This document shows, in pieces, positions 18,228 to 27,402 of a stretch of 64,000 nucleotides of DNA. Each line of letters opens with the position of its first letter. Position 1 is the first letter of the stretch. The notes under the pieces were generated by a model. The model did no database searches. It had not been told where the DNA came from and saw only the letters and a list, made by a program, of their open reading frames with translations. Position numbers and translations under genes: made by a program. Where the stretch lies: assembly GCA_037441705.1 (NCBI GenBank), contig JBBIRR010000007.1, positions 1 to 64,000 of the forward strand, written 5' to 3'. The stretch is from Ignavibacteriales bacterium. Its GTDB lineage: Bacteria > Bacteroidota > Ignavibacteria > UBA10030 > UBA6906.

Positions 18228-19775
18228 TCACAGGGGGATATTGCCGTGTTTCTTCTTCGGATTCGCATCAACTTTGTTTTCCAACAGGCGCAACGCTGCG
18301 ATCAGACGCGGCCGCGTTTCGCTGGGCACGATTACCGCATCGATGTAGCCGCGACTTGCCGCAAGATACGGATTAGCAAATTTTTCCCTGTACTCACGCT
18401 CTTTTTCTGCGAGGGCTTTTTCTTTGTCATCGGCAGATTCGATCTCTTTCTTGAAGATAATCTCCGCTGCGCCCTTCGGTCCCATCACGGCGATTTCCGC
18501 CGAGGGCCACGCAACGTTGTAGTCGCCGCGGATATGTTTCGAGTTCATGACGTCGTACGCGCCGCCGTAGGCTTTGCGCGTGATGACTGTGACCTTCGGA
18601 ACGGTTGCCTCGCAGAAGGCATACAGCAGCTTCGCCCCGTTGCTGATGATCCCCCGCCACTCCTGGTCCGTGCCCGGAAGAAATCCGGGGACGTCTTCGA
18701 AAACCACGAGCGGAATATTGAACGCGTCGCAGAAGCGGACGAACCGCGCCCCTTTGCGCGATGAGTCGATATCCAGAACACCGGCAAGCACGCTGGGCTG
18801 GTTGGCGACAATGCCGACCGACATGCCTCCCATCCGCGCAAACCCAACGATAATGTTCTCGGCATACAACTCGTGCACTTCGAAAAAATCACCGTCATCC
18901 ACAACAGCGCGGATGACCTGTTTCATGTCGTACGGCTTGTTGGGATTTTCCGGGATGATCGTATCGAGCAGCGCTTCCTTTCGATTGACATCATCTCTGC
19001 AGACGGCGCGCGGCGGGTCGTCCATGTTGTTGGATGGGATGAAGCTGAGCAGCTTGCGAATGTACTGGAGACATGCCACCTCGCTTTCACACGCGAAATG
19101 GGCAACGCCGCTCTTGGTGGCGTGTGTAAGCGCCCCACCCAGTTCGTCCGATGTGACCTCCTCATGCGTTACCGTCTTCACAACGTTGGGGCCGGTGACA
19201 AACATGTAACTTGTGCCTTTCACCATCAGCGTAAAGTCCGTGATGGCCGGCGAGTACACCGCGCCGCCTGCACACGGTCCCATAATTGCCGAGATTTGCG
19301 GAATGACGCCGGAAGCAAGCGTGTTGCGCAGGAAAATGTCTGCGTACGCGCCAAGACTCACCACGCCTTCTTGAATGCGCGCCCCGCCCGAATCATTCAA
19401 TCCGATAACCGGACACCCAATCTTCATCGCGAGATCCATAATCTTGCAAATCTTCTGTCCGTGTGCTTCGGAGAGCGAGCCGCCGAAGACTGTGAAGTCC
19501 TGACTGAACACGCAGACCGTCCGACCATCAATCGTTCCCGTCCCGGTCACGACGCCGTCGCCGAGATATTTCTGTTTATCCAGCCCGAAATCTGTCGAGC
19601 GATGTTCCACCAACATGTCCAGCTCGTTGAAGCTTCCCTCATCCAACAAAATGTTGATGCGCTCCCGGGCCGTCAGCTTGCCTTTGGCGTGCTGATCGTC
19701 AATGCGCTTCTGCCCGCCGCCCAACACGGCACGCGCTTCAAGCTCTCTCAAATACTCAACGGTGTTCTTTGACAT
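18228..19775 (-). CDS. pccB: Acyl-CoA (propionyl-CoA) carboxylase carboxyltransferase beta subunit
   Basis: [48 protein letters not shown] and terminal KKHGNIPL. Confidence 0.9.
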   Translation of the reverse strand: MSKNTVEYLRELEARAVLGGGQKRIDDQHAKGKLTARERINILLDEGSFNELDMLVEHRSTDFGLDKQKYLGDGVVTGTGTIDGRTVCVFSQDFTVFGGSLSEAHGQKICKIMDLAMKIGCPVIGLNDSGGARIQEGVVSLGAYADIFLRNTLASGVIPQISAIMGPCAGGAVYSPAITDFTLMVKGTSYMFVTGPNVVKTVTHEEVTSDELGGALTHATKSGVAHFACESEVACLQYIRKLLSFIPSNNMDDPPRAVCRDDVNRKEALLDTIIPENPNKPYDMKQVIRAVVDDGDFFEVHELYAENIIVGFARMGGMSVGIVANQPSVLAGVLDIDSSRKGARFVRFCDAFNIPLVVFEDVPGFLPGTDQEWRGIISNGAKLLYAFCEATVPKVTVITRKAYGGAYDVMNSKHIRGDYNVAWPSAEIAVMGPKGAAEIIFKKEIESADDKEKALAEKEREYREKFANPYLAASRGYIDAVIVPSETRPRLIAALRLLENKVDANPKKKHGNIPL

Positions 19776-19823
19776 GGTGTTCGTTTGGTGAGATTCAAAA
19801 ATGTGCAAAGGGCTTGGCGGGAA

Positions 19824-19852
19824 AATATACTAAACCAGCGCAGGGGAATCAA
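19824..19852 (-). promoter_or_regulatory. sigma70 promoter upstream of pccB
   Basis: TTGATT-N17-TATATT. Confidence 0.6.
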
Positions 19853-19864
19853 ACGGACGATCGG

Positions 19865-19915
19865 AAAATCAAAATGGACTCCACTCCCCATACTGTTGAG
19901 GAGGTGGAGTCCATT
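19865..19915 (-). terminator. Intrinsic terminator ending the T9SS cargo cluster
   Basis: Long hairpin aatggactccac...gtggagtccatt followed by ttgatttt on the minus strand. Confidence 0.65.
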
Positions 19916-19954
19916 GTTCTCACCGCAAGTTATCGGCTCATGCGATACGCGTCG

Positions 19955-20076
19955 TCACCTCATCAGCATCATCTTTCTCGTCTGCACACTGGCGCCTGCA
20001 CGCATCGTGTACAGATACACGCCCGAGGGAACATCCAGCCCCGCATGATCTCTTCCATCCCACACCGTGGTGTATG
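19955..20076 (-). pseudogene. Relic 3' end of a T9SS cargo gene (sorting-domain fragment)
   Basis: Encodes YTTVWDGRDHAGLDVPSGVYLYTMRAGASVQTRKMMLMR*. 19963-20076 matches 20350-20463 at 111 of 114 nt. Confidence 0.85.
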
Positions 20077-20077
20077 C

Positions 20078-20278
20078 ATCCTGACATTTGCCGACGGCGC
20101 GCAGCGAGTGTTTGATGTCCGGCCGTATCTTGACAAAGGCATATTCGTCGAGTTGAAAGACATCAACTACTTCCGCCAAGTCCGGGTTGCATTCAATACT
20201 GTTCAATGGCCGCACGAACAGGACTTTGCTCCCGAGACTCTCTACCTCGAATCGAAAGAACTTGTGAGCGCACGGTAG
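20078..20278 (+). pseudogene. 5'-truncated DUF2442-family gene
   Basis: ILTFADGAQRVFDVRPYLDKGIFVELKDINYFRQVRV..TVQWP...DFAPETLY fits the DUF2442 pattern. It has no start codon and is fused directly to the relic CTD. Confidence 0.75.
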
Positions 20279-20341
20279 GGACGTTCTCCAACGGAGCGCC
20301 TTCGGGACAATTGAACGCCCCTACGCACGCTCTCTCTGGTA

Positions 20342-21697
20342 CTATTTCGTCAGCATCATCTTTCTCGTCTGCACACTGGCGCCTGCACGCATCGTGTACA
20401 GATACACACCCGACGGAACATCCAGCCCCGCATGATCTTTTCCATCCCACACCGTGGTGTATGTGCCGGCATCACGTTCGTGTGCAACAAGCGTTCTCAC
20501 TTCCTGACCGAGGACGTCATACACGACAATCGTCACGAAGACACGCTCGCGCACATCGTAGGCGATCGTTGTACGCGGATTGAACGGATTGGGATAGTTC
20601 TGCCTCAGCGCAAACCTCTCAGGAAGAGATGTCGTCGGAGCAACGTCGGTCACGACTTCCGCTACCTTGTAGACCGCCCCTGTGGTTGCAATCGCATAGC
20701 CGTATGCCGTGTTGCCGATTCGAGCAAACTCCATGTGCCACACCCCGTTGATGGTAGGCGTCATGGTTGTCCACGTTGCGCCGCCATCGGTGCTTTTCTT
20801 GAACCCACCTGTCTGCCCGGAAAGATAGCAGATGTTCGTTCCGGGAATCCATTTCATCGTGCAGTATCCTGTCACGCCTGTGCCGATGCTGACGGTGGAC
20901 CAGGTGACGCCCCCGTTGGTCGTTCGTGCAATCGTTGGCAGCGATGTGTTGGTGCAGGCGATTCCATTTTGCTTGTCGTCGCTGAAAGCAAACCCGGAGA
21001 CGAACGAGCCGGTCAGGCCAAGACTTTGGATGTTCCAGGTTGTTCCTCCATCGGAGGTAACGTAGACGCGGGATGCCCCGGCATTCAAACCAAACCCATA
21101 GAACATCTCGTCAACGACAACAATAGAGTTTTGCGCGGACGCCGCACCGGAAATGCCGGGTGGGGTCGTGACGGTCCAGGTGCTTCCTCCATCGGTCGTG
21201 ACACTCACGAAATAGGGTTGGCCGGCCCCGTTGGGGGGATCGCTCTGAGCAATACCGAAGCGCGGGGAGGTTTTCGAGAAGACAATGCCGTTAAAGAAAC
21301 CCACCGTTCCGCCTGTGGAGCCGATGAGCGACCATGCAGCACCCCCATTCGTCGTTCTGAAGTACTGCGCATTTCCGCCGGCGCCGCCCGCGCTGCCCCC
21401 ATTGCCCACGAAGGCTGTGGACGAATCGATCGCCCACACGCAATACATTTCCAGCGAAAGCCCGGACGTCCCCACTGCAGTCCACGTTGTGCCGCCGTTG
21501 GTCGTACGATAAACCACAGGCACGCCATTAGGGCCGCCTGCAATCCAGGCCGTGTTAGCGTCCACGACGGAAATGCTCGGGAACGTTCCGATGTTTGAGA
21601 CCGTGCCGGCACTTACCCATTGAGCGTGAAGCACGTCTCCGAATGCAACGGGCATAAGCGCCAGCAACGCACCGCTGAACCTTGCCAGTCGGTTCAT
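20342..21697 (-). CDS. T9SS cargo with BNR/Asp-box beta-propeller (YCF48-like)
   Basis: AGGAGG SD; signal peptide; six T(T/S)(N/D)GGxxW Asp-box repeats; FlgD-Ig/CTD C-terminus. Confidence 0.85.
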   Translation of the reverse strand: MNRLARFSGALLALMPVAFGDVLHAQWVSAGTVSNIGTFPSISVVDANTAWIAGGPNGVPVVYRTTNGGTTWTAVGTSGLSLEMYCVWAIDSSTAFVGNGGSAGGAGGNAQYFRTTNGGAAWSLIGSTGGTVGFFNGIVFSKTSPRFGIAQSDPPNGAGQPYFVSVTTDGGSTWTVTTPPGISGAASAQNSIVVVDEMFYGFGLNAGASRVYVTSDGGTTWNIQSLGLTGSFVSGFAFSDDKQNGIACTNTSLPTIARTTNGGVTWSTVSIGTGVTGYCTMKWIPGTNICYLSGQTGGFKKSTDGGATWTTMTPTINGVWHMEFARIGNTAYGYAIATTGAVYKVAEVVTDVAPTTSLPERFALRQNYPNPFNPRTTIAYDVRERVFVTIVVYDVLGQEVRTLVAHERDAGTYTTVWDGKDHAGLDVPSGVYLYTMRAGASVQTRKMMLTK

Positions 21698-21865
21698 GGG
21701 TTACCCTCCTTTCAAATGATTGTTTGTGATGGGCTGATGCCTGCTCCTCCGAGAGAAGAGGCCCGATGGTTCGAAGAAGAGAGCGTAACACGATTCCAAT
21801 GGCCGATCCTCCTGTGATTGTGAGCCGACCAAAGAGATGACGTGCTGCAGAGTTGAGAAGCGGAG

Positions 21866-21902
21866 CAAAAGCAGCGAAGCGGAGGTGTTGCCCCCGCTTC
21901 GC
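21866..21902 (-). terminator. Putative intrinsic terminator
   Basis: gcgaagcggggg-caaca-cctccgcttcgc then tgctttt on the minus strand. Confidence 0.55.
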
Positions 21903-21945
21903 GTTTGTTGTTAATGTTGGCTCCTTACGCCGGAGCCGATCGCCG

Positions 21946-23832
21946 TTACTTCACGAGCAACATCTTCCGCATGCTGGTAAAGGCCGCGCTACCGTCAACG
22001 GGGCGCGCTTCCATCTGATAGAAGTACACGCCGCTGGCAACGGTGTGGCCCTGAGCATTCTTGCCGTTCCATACAACATCGTGCGTGCCGGCAGTCTGCA
22101 TCTCGTCCTTCAACACCGCCACCTGCTGACCGAGCATATCGTACACGCGCAGGACAACGCGTGAAGCTCTCGGTAACGCGTACTTGATCGTGGTCGTCGG
22201 GTTAAAGGGATTGGGATAGTTTTGCTCGAGCGCAAACTCCGACGGCAGAGCGTTCGGATCTCCGACGCTTGTTGGAAGCTGCCTCACAGTGCAGCGGATG
22301 ATGACGTCCTGAAGGTCCTGCGACCGATAGGGCGCCCAACCGCCTGTGTACTCCCAGCTTCGATACGCAATTGGCGCAGTCGTCTCGTAGGAGAACGCCA
22401 TCTGTCCCCGACCGCCAACAAACCAACGACCGGAGTTGATGACGATGTTTCGGCCGGTCACATTCCAAGCATTGAGGCCGACGACCGCCGTGAGATTGGT
22501 GTCGGCAAGCACCGTCCCCGGGGCACCCGTAGAACCGTCGAGAATCTGCACCAGCATTGGATTTGCCGTGATCGCAGAGACCTGCACGAACACGGACTCG
22601 ATGCGCACCGGATAGACCGGCGAGTCGAACATCACGCCCATGCCGCCGCCGCCGATCCAGTTGATGGACCCACCGACCGTTCCTCCTTCAAACTGCAGTC
22701 GCGTCGTCTGATTCACAGCGAACGGCGCGACATAAATCTCCGCGATCTTGGTGTTGTTGCCCGGGCCCACGTCGCCGTTCACAAAAGCATCGAAGCGCGC
22801 TGAGAACGAGCCGGCATTGCTCGGGTTGAACAGACGCGGGAAGACCACCGTTACCTCTTGGGAAGGAGTCATCGAAGGAAGAAAGACGGTGTCGCGATAT
22901 GCCTCGAGCCCACGCGTAAGTTGATAGGTAATCCGCACGTTTGAGAGCGTTGCCGTACCGAAATTCTTTGCAACGCATTTGACCGTATCAGGCACTCCAA
23001 GCTTTATTACTTTGCCGATGTTGGCTGCGTTCAGTCCACCAACAATACCCGCATCAGTCACCTGCAAACCCGTGTTGACGGTGCGCTTGAACTTGATCGC
23101 AATCCCGCTATCGGGCAGCAACGCATGCGGGGGCGTCGTTGAGTAGGTATAGTTCAAGCCAATCTGGCCTGTCGCATTCTCCATCCCAATGCATAGACGA
23201 GTATTGTTTGTGGAGTTGAAGCGTCCTTCCTGTCGTCCGTACTGGAACAAGATCGTGCTGTCATTTTTTGTCAGAACGACTTGGAATGTATGACGCGTAT
23301 TCGGATTGATCGTCTGTTCCCACTCTGTCACATTGATGAAACTGACAACGAGGGAATCGACACCGTTCGTCCAGTAATAGCACTGACCACCTGCACCTGC
23401 TTGTCCGCTGAATACCAAGTCGCCAACGAGGATTGCCAGCATGTCGTTGGGCGCGGCCGTGTTCGGCAGCTGTGCAAACGGAGGCGCAAAGTTACCGGGC
23501 GACGAGAAATTGATATACCCATTCGACCCGACATAGAAACGATCTACGGTGTACCAATAGTACGGGAATTGAAACTGCATCGGGAACGGACCAACAAAGT
23601 TGTCATCCCCCAATCCCGTCACCAACGTTCCGCGCGTTGTGATATCCACCCAGTTGAAGGTGGGTCCCCCCGGTTCGTTGCTTCGCACCCAGGTGTAGCC
23701 CCAGGCATCGGGTGAGCTGGTATCGGGACGCACCAGCAGGGGATCCTGGACGCTCTTCCCGTTTACCGCTCCGAAACCCAGCGCGGTAACCGCGCTCAGG
23801 AGAACAAGCAGAACAGTACATGTACGCAACAT
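21946..23832 (-). CDS. T9SS cargo of unknown function (N-terminal beta domain, CARDB-like Ig domain, CTD)
   Basis: AGGAGGAG SD; signal peptide; PDAWGYTW...FNWVDI...GDDNFVGPF...YVGSNGYINF module; CARDB-like KNFGT...GDVGPGNN; CTD LEQNYPNPFNPTT. Confidence 0.8.
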   Translation of the reverse strand: MLRTCTVLLVLLSAVTALGFGAVNGKSVQDPLLVRPDTSSPDAWGYTWVRSNEPGGPTFNWVDITTRGTLVTGLGDDNFVGPFPMQFQFPYYWYTVDRFYVGSNGYINFSSPGNFAPPFAQLPNTAAPNDMLAILVGDLVFSGQAGAGGQCYYWTNGVDSLVVSFINVTEWEQTINPNTRHTFQVVLTKNDSTILFQYGRQEGRFNSTNNTRLCIGMENATGQIGLNYTYSTTPPHALLPDSGIAIKFKRTVNTGLQVTDAGIVGGLNAANIGKVIKLGVPDTVKCVAKNFGTATLSNVRITYQLTRGLEAYRDTVFLPSMTPSQEVTVVFPRLFNPSNAGSFSARFDAFVNGDVGPGNNTKIAEIYVAPFAVNQTTRLQFEGGTVGGSINWIGGGGMGVMFDSPVYPVRIESVFVQVSAITANPMLVQILDGSTGAPGTVLADTNLTAVVGLNAWNVTGRNIVINSGRWFVGGRGQMAFSYETTAPIAYRSWEYTGGWAPYRSQDLQDVIIRCTVRQLPTSVGDPNALPSEFALEQNYPNPFNPTTTIKYALPRASRVVLRVYDMLGQQVAVLKDEMQTAGTHDVVWNGKNAQGHTVASGVYFYQMEARPVDGSAAFTSMRKMLLVK

Positions 23833-24007
23833 AGCTCCTCCTAATGTTTGTGTTGTGTTGGATGTGGATTGGTTTGTTGCCTCTTTGATTCAAACTCATA
23901 CGAGCAGGCTCAAAGCGTGCGGACGGACTCTCCCGCTGGACCTCTCATCACAACGAGGAGAGTCCATCCTGCCAGAACCTTCGCTCGGGATGACGACTAA
24001 GGCGTCG

Positions 24008-25090
24008 TCACTTCATCAACATCATCTTCTTCGTCTGAACGAAATTCCCCGCACGCATGGTGTAGAGATACATGCCCGAGGGGACATCAATCCCTGCCCG
24101 AGCCTTTCCATCCCACGCCACATTGTAGATGCCCGCGGCTTTTTCCTCGGCAACCAGGGTCTTCACCTCCTGGCCCAGCAGGTTGTGAACCGTTATCGTC
24201 ACAAATGCCTTCTCGCTCAGGGCATAATCAATGGTGGTGGATGGGTTGAACGGATTGGGATAGTTCTGCGAGAGCGCGAACGTCGTCGGCATGCCGTTGA
24301 CCGGATCACCAACTCCCGTCGGGATGTCGGGCACTTCGATGAACTCAACCTGCTGCACTTTCCGGTCGGTATTGTTCTGAACGAACACGATCACCCGGCA
24401 GTTATTTGCTACCCACCCGGAGTTGAGCGTGATGGTTCGAGGGATGTTGACGGTTTGCCCCTGCGAGATGGAGATGGTCGAACCGTTGGCATCAGGATAC
24501 ATGTACCGCATCGCATGGTCGTGGATGAAAGGTACGTACGTGCTTCCGTTGAACTGCGGTGCACTGATGCCTGATTCGACGACAACCCAATGCACGCGCC
24601 AGTTGCTGGAAGTAACCGCCTGCTCGGCGTAGATTGCAGCATTGAGGTTCAGCGTGTTCCCACCCCGAGTGCCGGTGATCGTAATGGTAATGGGACTCGG
24701 ATCGAGGAAACGACTTTCGATTGCACCGGGCCAGGTGTTGTACGCACTGGTTCCATCAATGAAACCATCAATGTATGCACGCGGCGCATAGGTCGACCCA
24801 CCGCCGGAGTAGTAGTTGACCCGTGTTTGCACGTGCGACGTATTGGCAAGGTACATCGGGTCGTTTCCGGGCGAGGGCCACCAGACGTGGTAGGCTACCG
24901 TCGCAATCGACGAAGCCCCGCCGTAATTCGGCAGCCAGTTCTGGAAGTAGAACACATCGGCCGGATAACAAGGGCCACACGTTGTGCTTGTCTGAATCTC
25001 CACAAGAATCTTGCGCGGTGCAGCGCTGGAGACTCCATGAAGAGCTACTATCACCGTGGCCAGAAGTAGAAAGCTGAACAGCTTGTTCAT
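24008..25090 (-). CDS. Omp28-related thioredoxin-fold protein with T9SS sorting domain
   Basis: AAGGAGG SD; signal peptide; KILVEIQTSTTCGPC (CXXC), VAYH, APRAYIDG, VIVFVQN; CTD. Confidence 0.82.
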   Translation of the reverse strand: MNKLFSFLLLATVIVALHGVSSAAPRKILVEIQTSTTCGPCYPADVFYFQNWLPNYGGASSIATVAYHVWWPSPGNDPMYLANTSHVQTRVNYYSGGGSTYAPRAYIDGFIDGTSAYNTWPGAIESRFLDPSPITITITGTRGGNTLNLNAAIYAEQAVTSSNWRVHWVVVESGISAPQFNGSTYVPFIHDHAMRYMYPDANGSTISISQGQTVNIPRTITLNSGWVANNCRVIVFVQNNTDRKVQQVEFIEVPDIPTGVGDPVNGMPTTFALSQNYPNPFNPSTTIDYALSEKAFVTITVHNLLGQEVKTLVAEEKAAGIYNVAWDGKARAGIDVPSGMYLYTMRAGNFVQTKKMMLMK

Positions 25091-25126
25091 TGCGACCTCC
25101 TTTGGGTTATGGGCACTGTAAGAAAG

Positions 25127-26758
25127 CTACAGATAGCTTACAACACTCGCACGAACTCCAAGAAACGGATTGACAATGCGGCACACGCCGTTCGTGCAGA
25201 TTTGTCCCCCGCGATCGCCGCCGACAGTCAGGGTGATCGTGTGATTGCCACTAAGCCGATACGACGCATCAAGCGCCGTCCAATCTTTCCTCTCGTCTAT
25301 CGTGCCACGATCTGACGTAAACTCGTAGCGAAGCGTCACCGAGAAGGACGGTGATTTCGTAACGCTGAAGGAGAGAAAATGATTGTAAAATTTCTTCTGC
25401 GCCTTGTTTCCGTCGTCGTACACCCATTGGCGCTCGGAGACAAACTTTACCGACCAATCCTCCGAGATGCTGTACTGTACGGCGATCGGTACGGCGGAAA
25501 GCCGTCGCGACTCGATGTAGCCCTGAGGATTGGAGGGCGTTCTCAGCTCGTCGACAATGTCTTCCGATCTCCTGTTCAGTGCTACCAGCACATAGTCGGT
25601 TCCTCCTGGTTCGAGGTAGTACTGGAACTCCGCGTACATCTCCCAGAACGGCGAGTACTTCCGGTCGAAACTCGGCAGCCACGAAGTGGTTCTCGGCTTC
25701 GAACCGTACACGGGTAGAAACAGAATCGTATCCCCCGTCGGTGCAAAACTGTAATGTCTGCTTGCAGCCGCAAAATTCACATTGCCCGTCAACTGTTCGA
25801 AGAGCGTGTAGAACACATCCACCTGAAATCCTACTTCATCGTTGAAATCAATGATATGCGGATAGCGGGAGAGCAGCGTGAACGTATGTTCTTTATGAAC
25901 GATCGGAGCGTTTTGGAATGCAAGCGCCTTGGTGGCTCGGTTGCGATTGTTTCGCCCGTACGGGTCTGCGATGCCGAAGCGATAATCCTTATACTCCACG
26001 GACACGCCGAAGGATTCCGCCGTATATGAGACGGAGCCGTAGAATCCCGTGCCTCGATGCGTTGCGGCCGTATCGTTGTACACCTTCGTGCGCTTCTCGG
26101 CGTAAGCAATCGAGACATCGAACCCGGCGACGCTTGCCTTTGCGAAGTATTCCGGCATGTTGAATTGTGCGTGCATGTCGGGAAATGTCGGCGGCGGAAA
26201 CTTGGATTTCCCGGAGACAAATGTAAACCCCAGCGTTAGCTCGGCAAGGGCCTTCACTTCAAGGGAACCTGCGCGAAGGCGATACTCTTCCGTTCGATTG
26301 AGATCGAGAATATCATGGTAGAGAATGTCGCCCGCGGTGATGCCGAGTTTCAGTCTGTCCGTCGTGTATTCCATCTTGACACCATCGAGACCGGTATCGA
26401 ATCCTAATGGTCGGCTCTCGAACAGATTCAGCGCGAGGCCACGGCCGTAGAGTGTGTATAAATCCCCTGCCCGAATGTACAGATCATCTTTTCTGAACTC
26501 GAGATATCGCTTCCGCAAGCCTGTGAATTCCACGCCGAACTCCGGTGGCCCATCATGCAGCAGGCGGAAGCCCACCAGAAAGTCGGAGAATGCGATGCGG
26601 GCATCGGTCAGGTTTTCAAAATAGTCCCGACGCTGAGAAAAAGTCGCCACTCGCTCATTTCCTGTTCCATAGCGGAGATAATTGCTGAGCGAGTACTGAA
26701 CGTTGTTTTGTGCCAGAAGGGAAGTCGGAAGTACGAGAAGCAGTAACCAAATGCGCAA
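25127..26758 (-). CDS. DUF6029-family outer-membrane beta-barrel protein
   Basis: Signal peptide; RAGDLYTLYGRGLALN and EYKDY motifs; C-terminal RGGQICTNGVCR; lies between TlpA and Omp28 genes. Confidence 0.75.
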   Translation of the reverse strand: MRIWLLLLVLPTSLLAQNNVQYSLSNYLRYGTGNERVATFSQRRDYFENLTDARIAFSDFLVGFRLLHDGPPEFGVEFTGLRKRYLEFRKDDLYIRAGDLYTLYGRGLALNLFESRPLGFDTGLDGVKMEYTTDRLKLGITAGDILYHDILDLNRTEEYRLRAGSLEVKALAELTLGFTFVSGKSKFPPPTFPDMHAQFNMPEYFAKASVAGFDVSIAYAEKRTKVYNDTAATHRGTGFYGSVSYTAESFGVSVEYKDYRFGIADPYGRNNRNRATKALAFQNAPIVHKEHTFTLLSRYPHIIDFNDEVGFQVDVFYTLFEQLTGNVNFAAASRHYSFAPTGDTILFLPVYGSKPRTTSWLPSFDRKYSPFWEMYAEFQYYLEPGGTDYVLVALNRRSEDIVDELRTPSNPQGYIESRRLSAVPIAVQYSISEDWSVKFVSERQWVYDDGNKAQKKFYNHFLSFSVTKSPSFSVTLRYEFTSDRGTIDERKDWTALDASYRLSGNHTITLTVGGDRGGQICTNGVCRIVNPFLGVRASVVSYL

Positions 26759-26769
26759 TAGTGACTCCC

Positions 26770-27339
26770 CTATTCGTTCGGAATTAGTTTGAGAATCTCC
26801 TCGCCAATTTCCTTTTCGTCGCCCGGCAGGTACCCTGTGCGTGTCGAAACAACCCTGCCGTTGTTGTCAATCAGCACCGAGAACGGGAGATTCTGTCCGT
26901 TGAATGCTTGAAACACCTGCATGTTTGGATCGAGAATAACAGGAAAGGGATAGCTTTGAGATTTTACGTACGCTTTGACTTTCGCTAAGCTTTTGGGACT
27001 GTCCTGATTGACGGCGAGAATGGTAAAGGGCTTGCCCTCATGCTCTTTGACGAATGACTTCAGCGAGCGAAGCTCCAACTTGCACGGCTCGCACCACAGC
27101 GCCCAGAAGGTGACGTAGACGGGACCCTTGCGCACATACTCGCCGAGTTTTGTGCTGGTACCGTCCAGACGTTCGAGCGTCAGATTGCCAATGGAACTTC
27201 CTTGTGCAGGTGCGGAGGCGTGTGCACTGAGGAACAGGGCACACACAAGGATCGCACGGGATGCTGTGTGTACGACAGGGCTTTGCATGTGATGGGGATT
27301 GTTAGTGGACCGGGATCGCCGCTCACGAAATTCCTTCAT
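26770..27339 (-). CDS. TlpA-family thiol-disulfide oxidoreductase
   Basis: FWALWCEPC, AVNQD, LPFSVLID. The true start may be 27288 (MQSPVV), which places a signal peptide near the N-terminus. Confidence 0.88.
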   Translation of the reverse strand: MKEFRERRSRSTNNPHHMQSPVVHTASRAILVCALFLSAHASAPAQGSSIGNLTLERLDGTSTKLGEYVRKGPVYVTFWALWCEPCKLELRSLKSFVKEHEGKPFTILAVNQDSPKSLAKVKAYVKSQSYPFPVILDPNMQVFQAFNGQNLPFSVLIDNNGRVVSTRTGYLPGDEKEIGEEILKLIPNE

Positions 27340-27359
27340 CCCTGCGTGATCGCACTGCC

Positions 27360-27388
27360 AATATACACAAGGCGTCGGGGAATGTCAA
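27360..27388 (-). promoter_or_regulatory. sigma70 promoter of the tlpA-DUF6029-omp28 operon
   Basis: TTGACA-N17-TATATT. Confidence 0.75.
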
Positions 27389-27402
27389 CATAACGCGCGC
27401 GT

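Noticed and set aside
19963-20463. 114-bp near-identical repeat at a gene 3' end as a diversity-generating retroelement TR/VR pair
   Set aside because: The three mismatches (G/A, G/C, C/T) are not adenine-specific on either strand, and no reverse transcriptase is present in the window.
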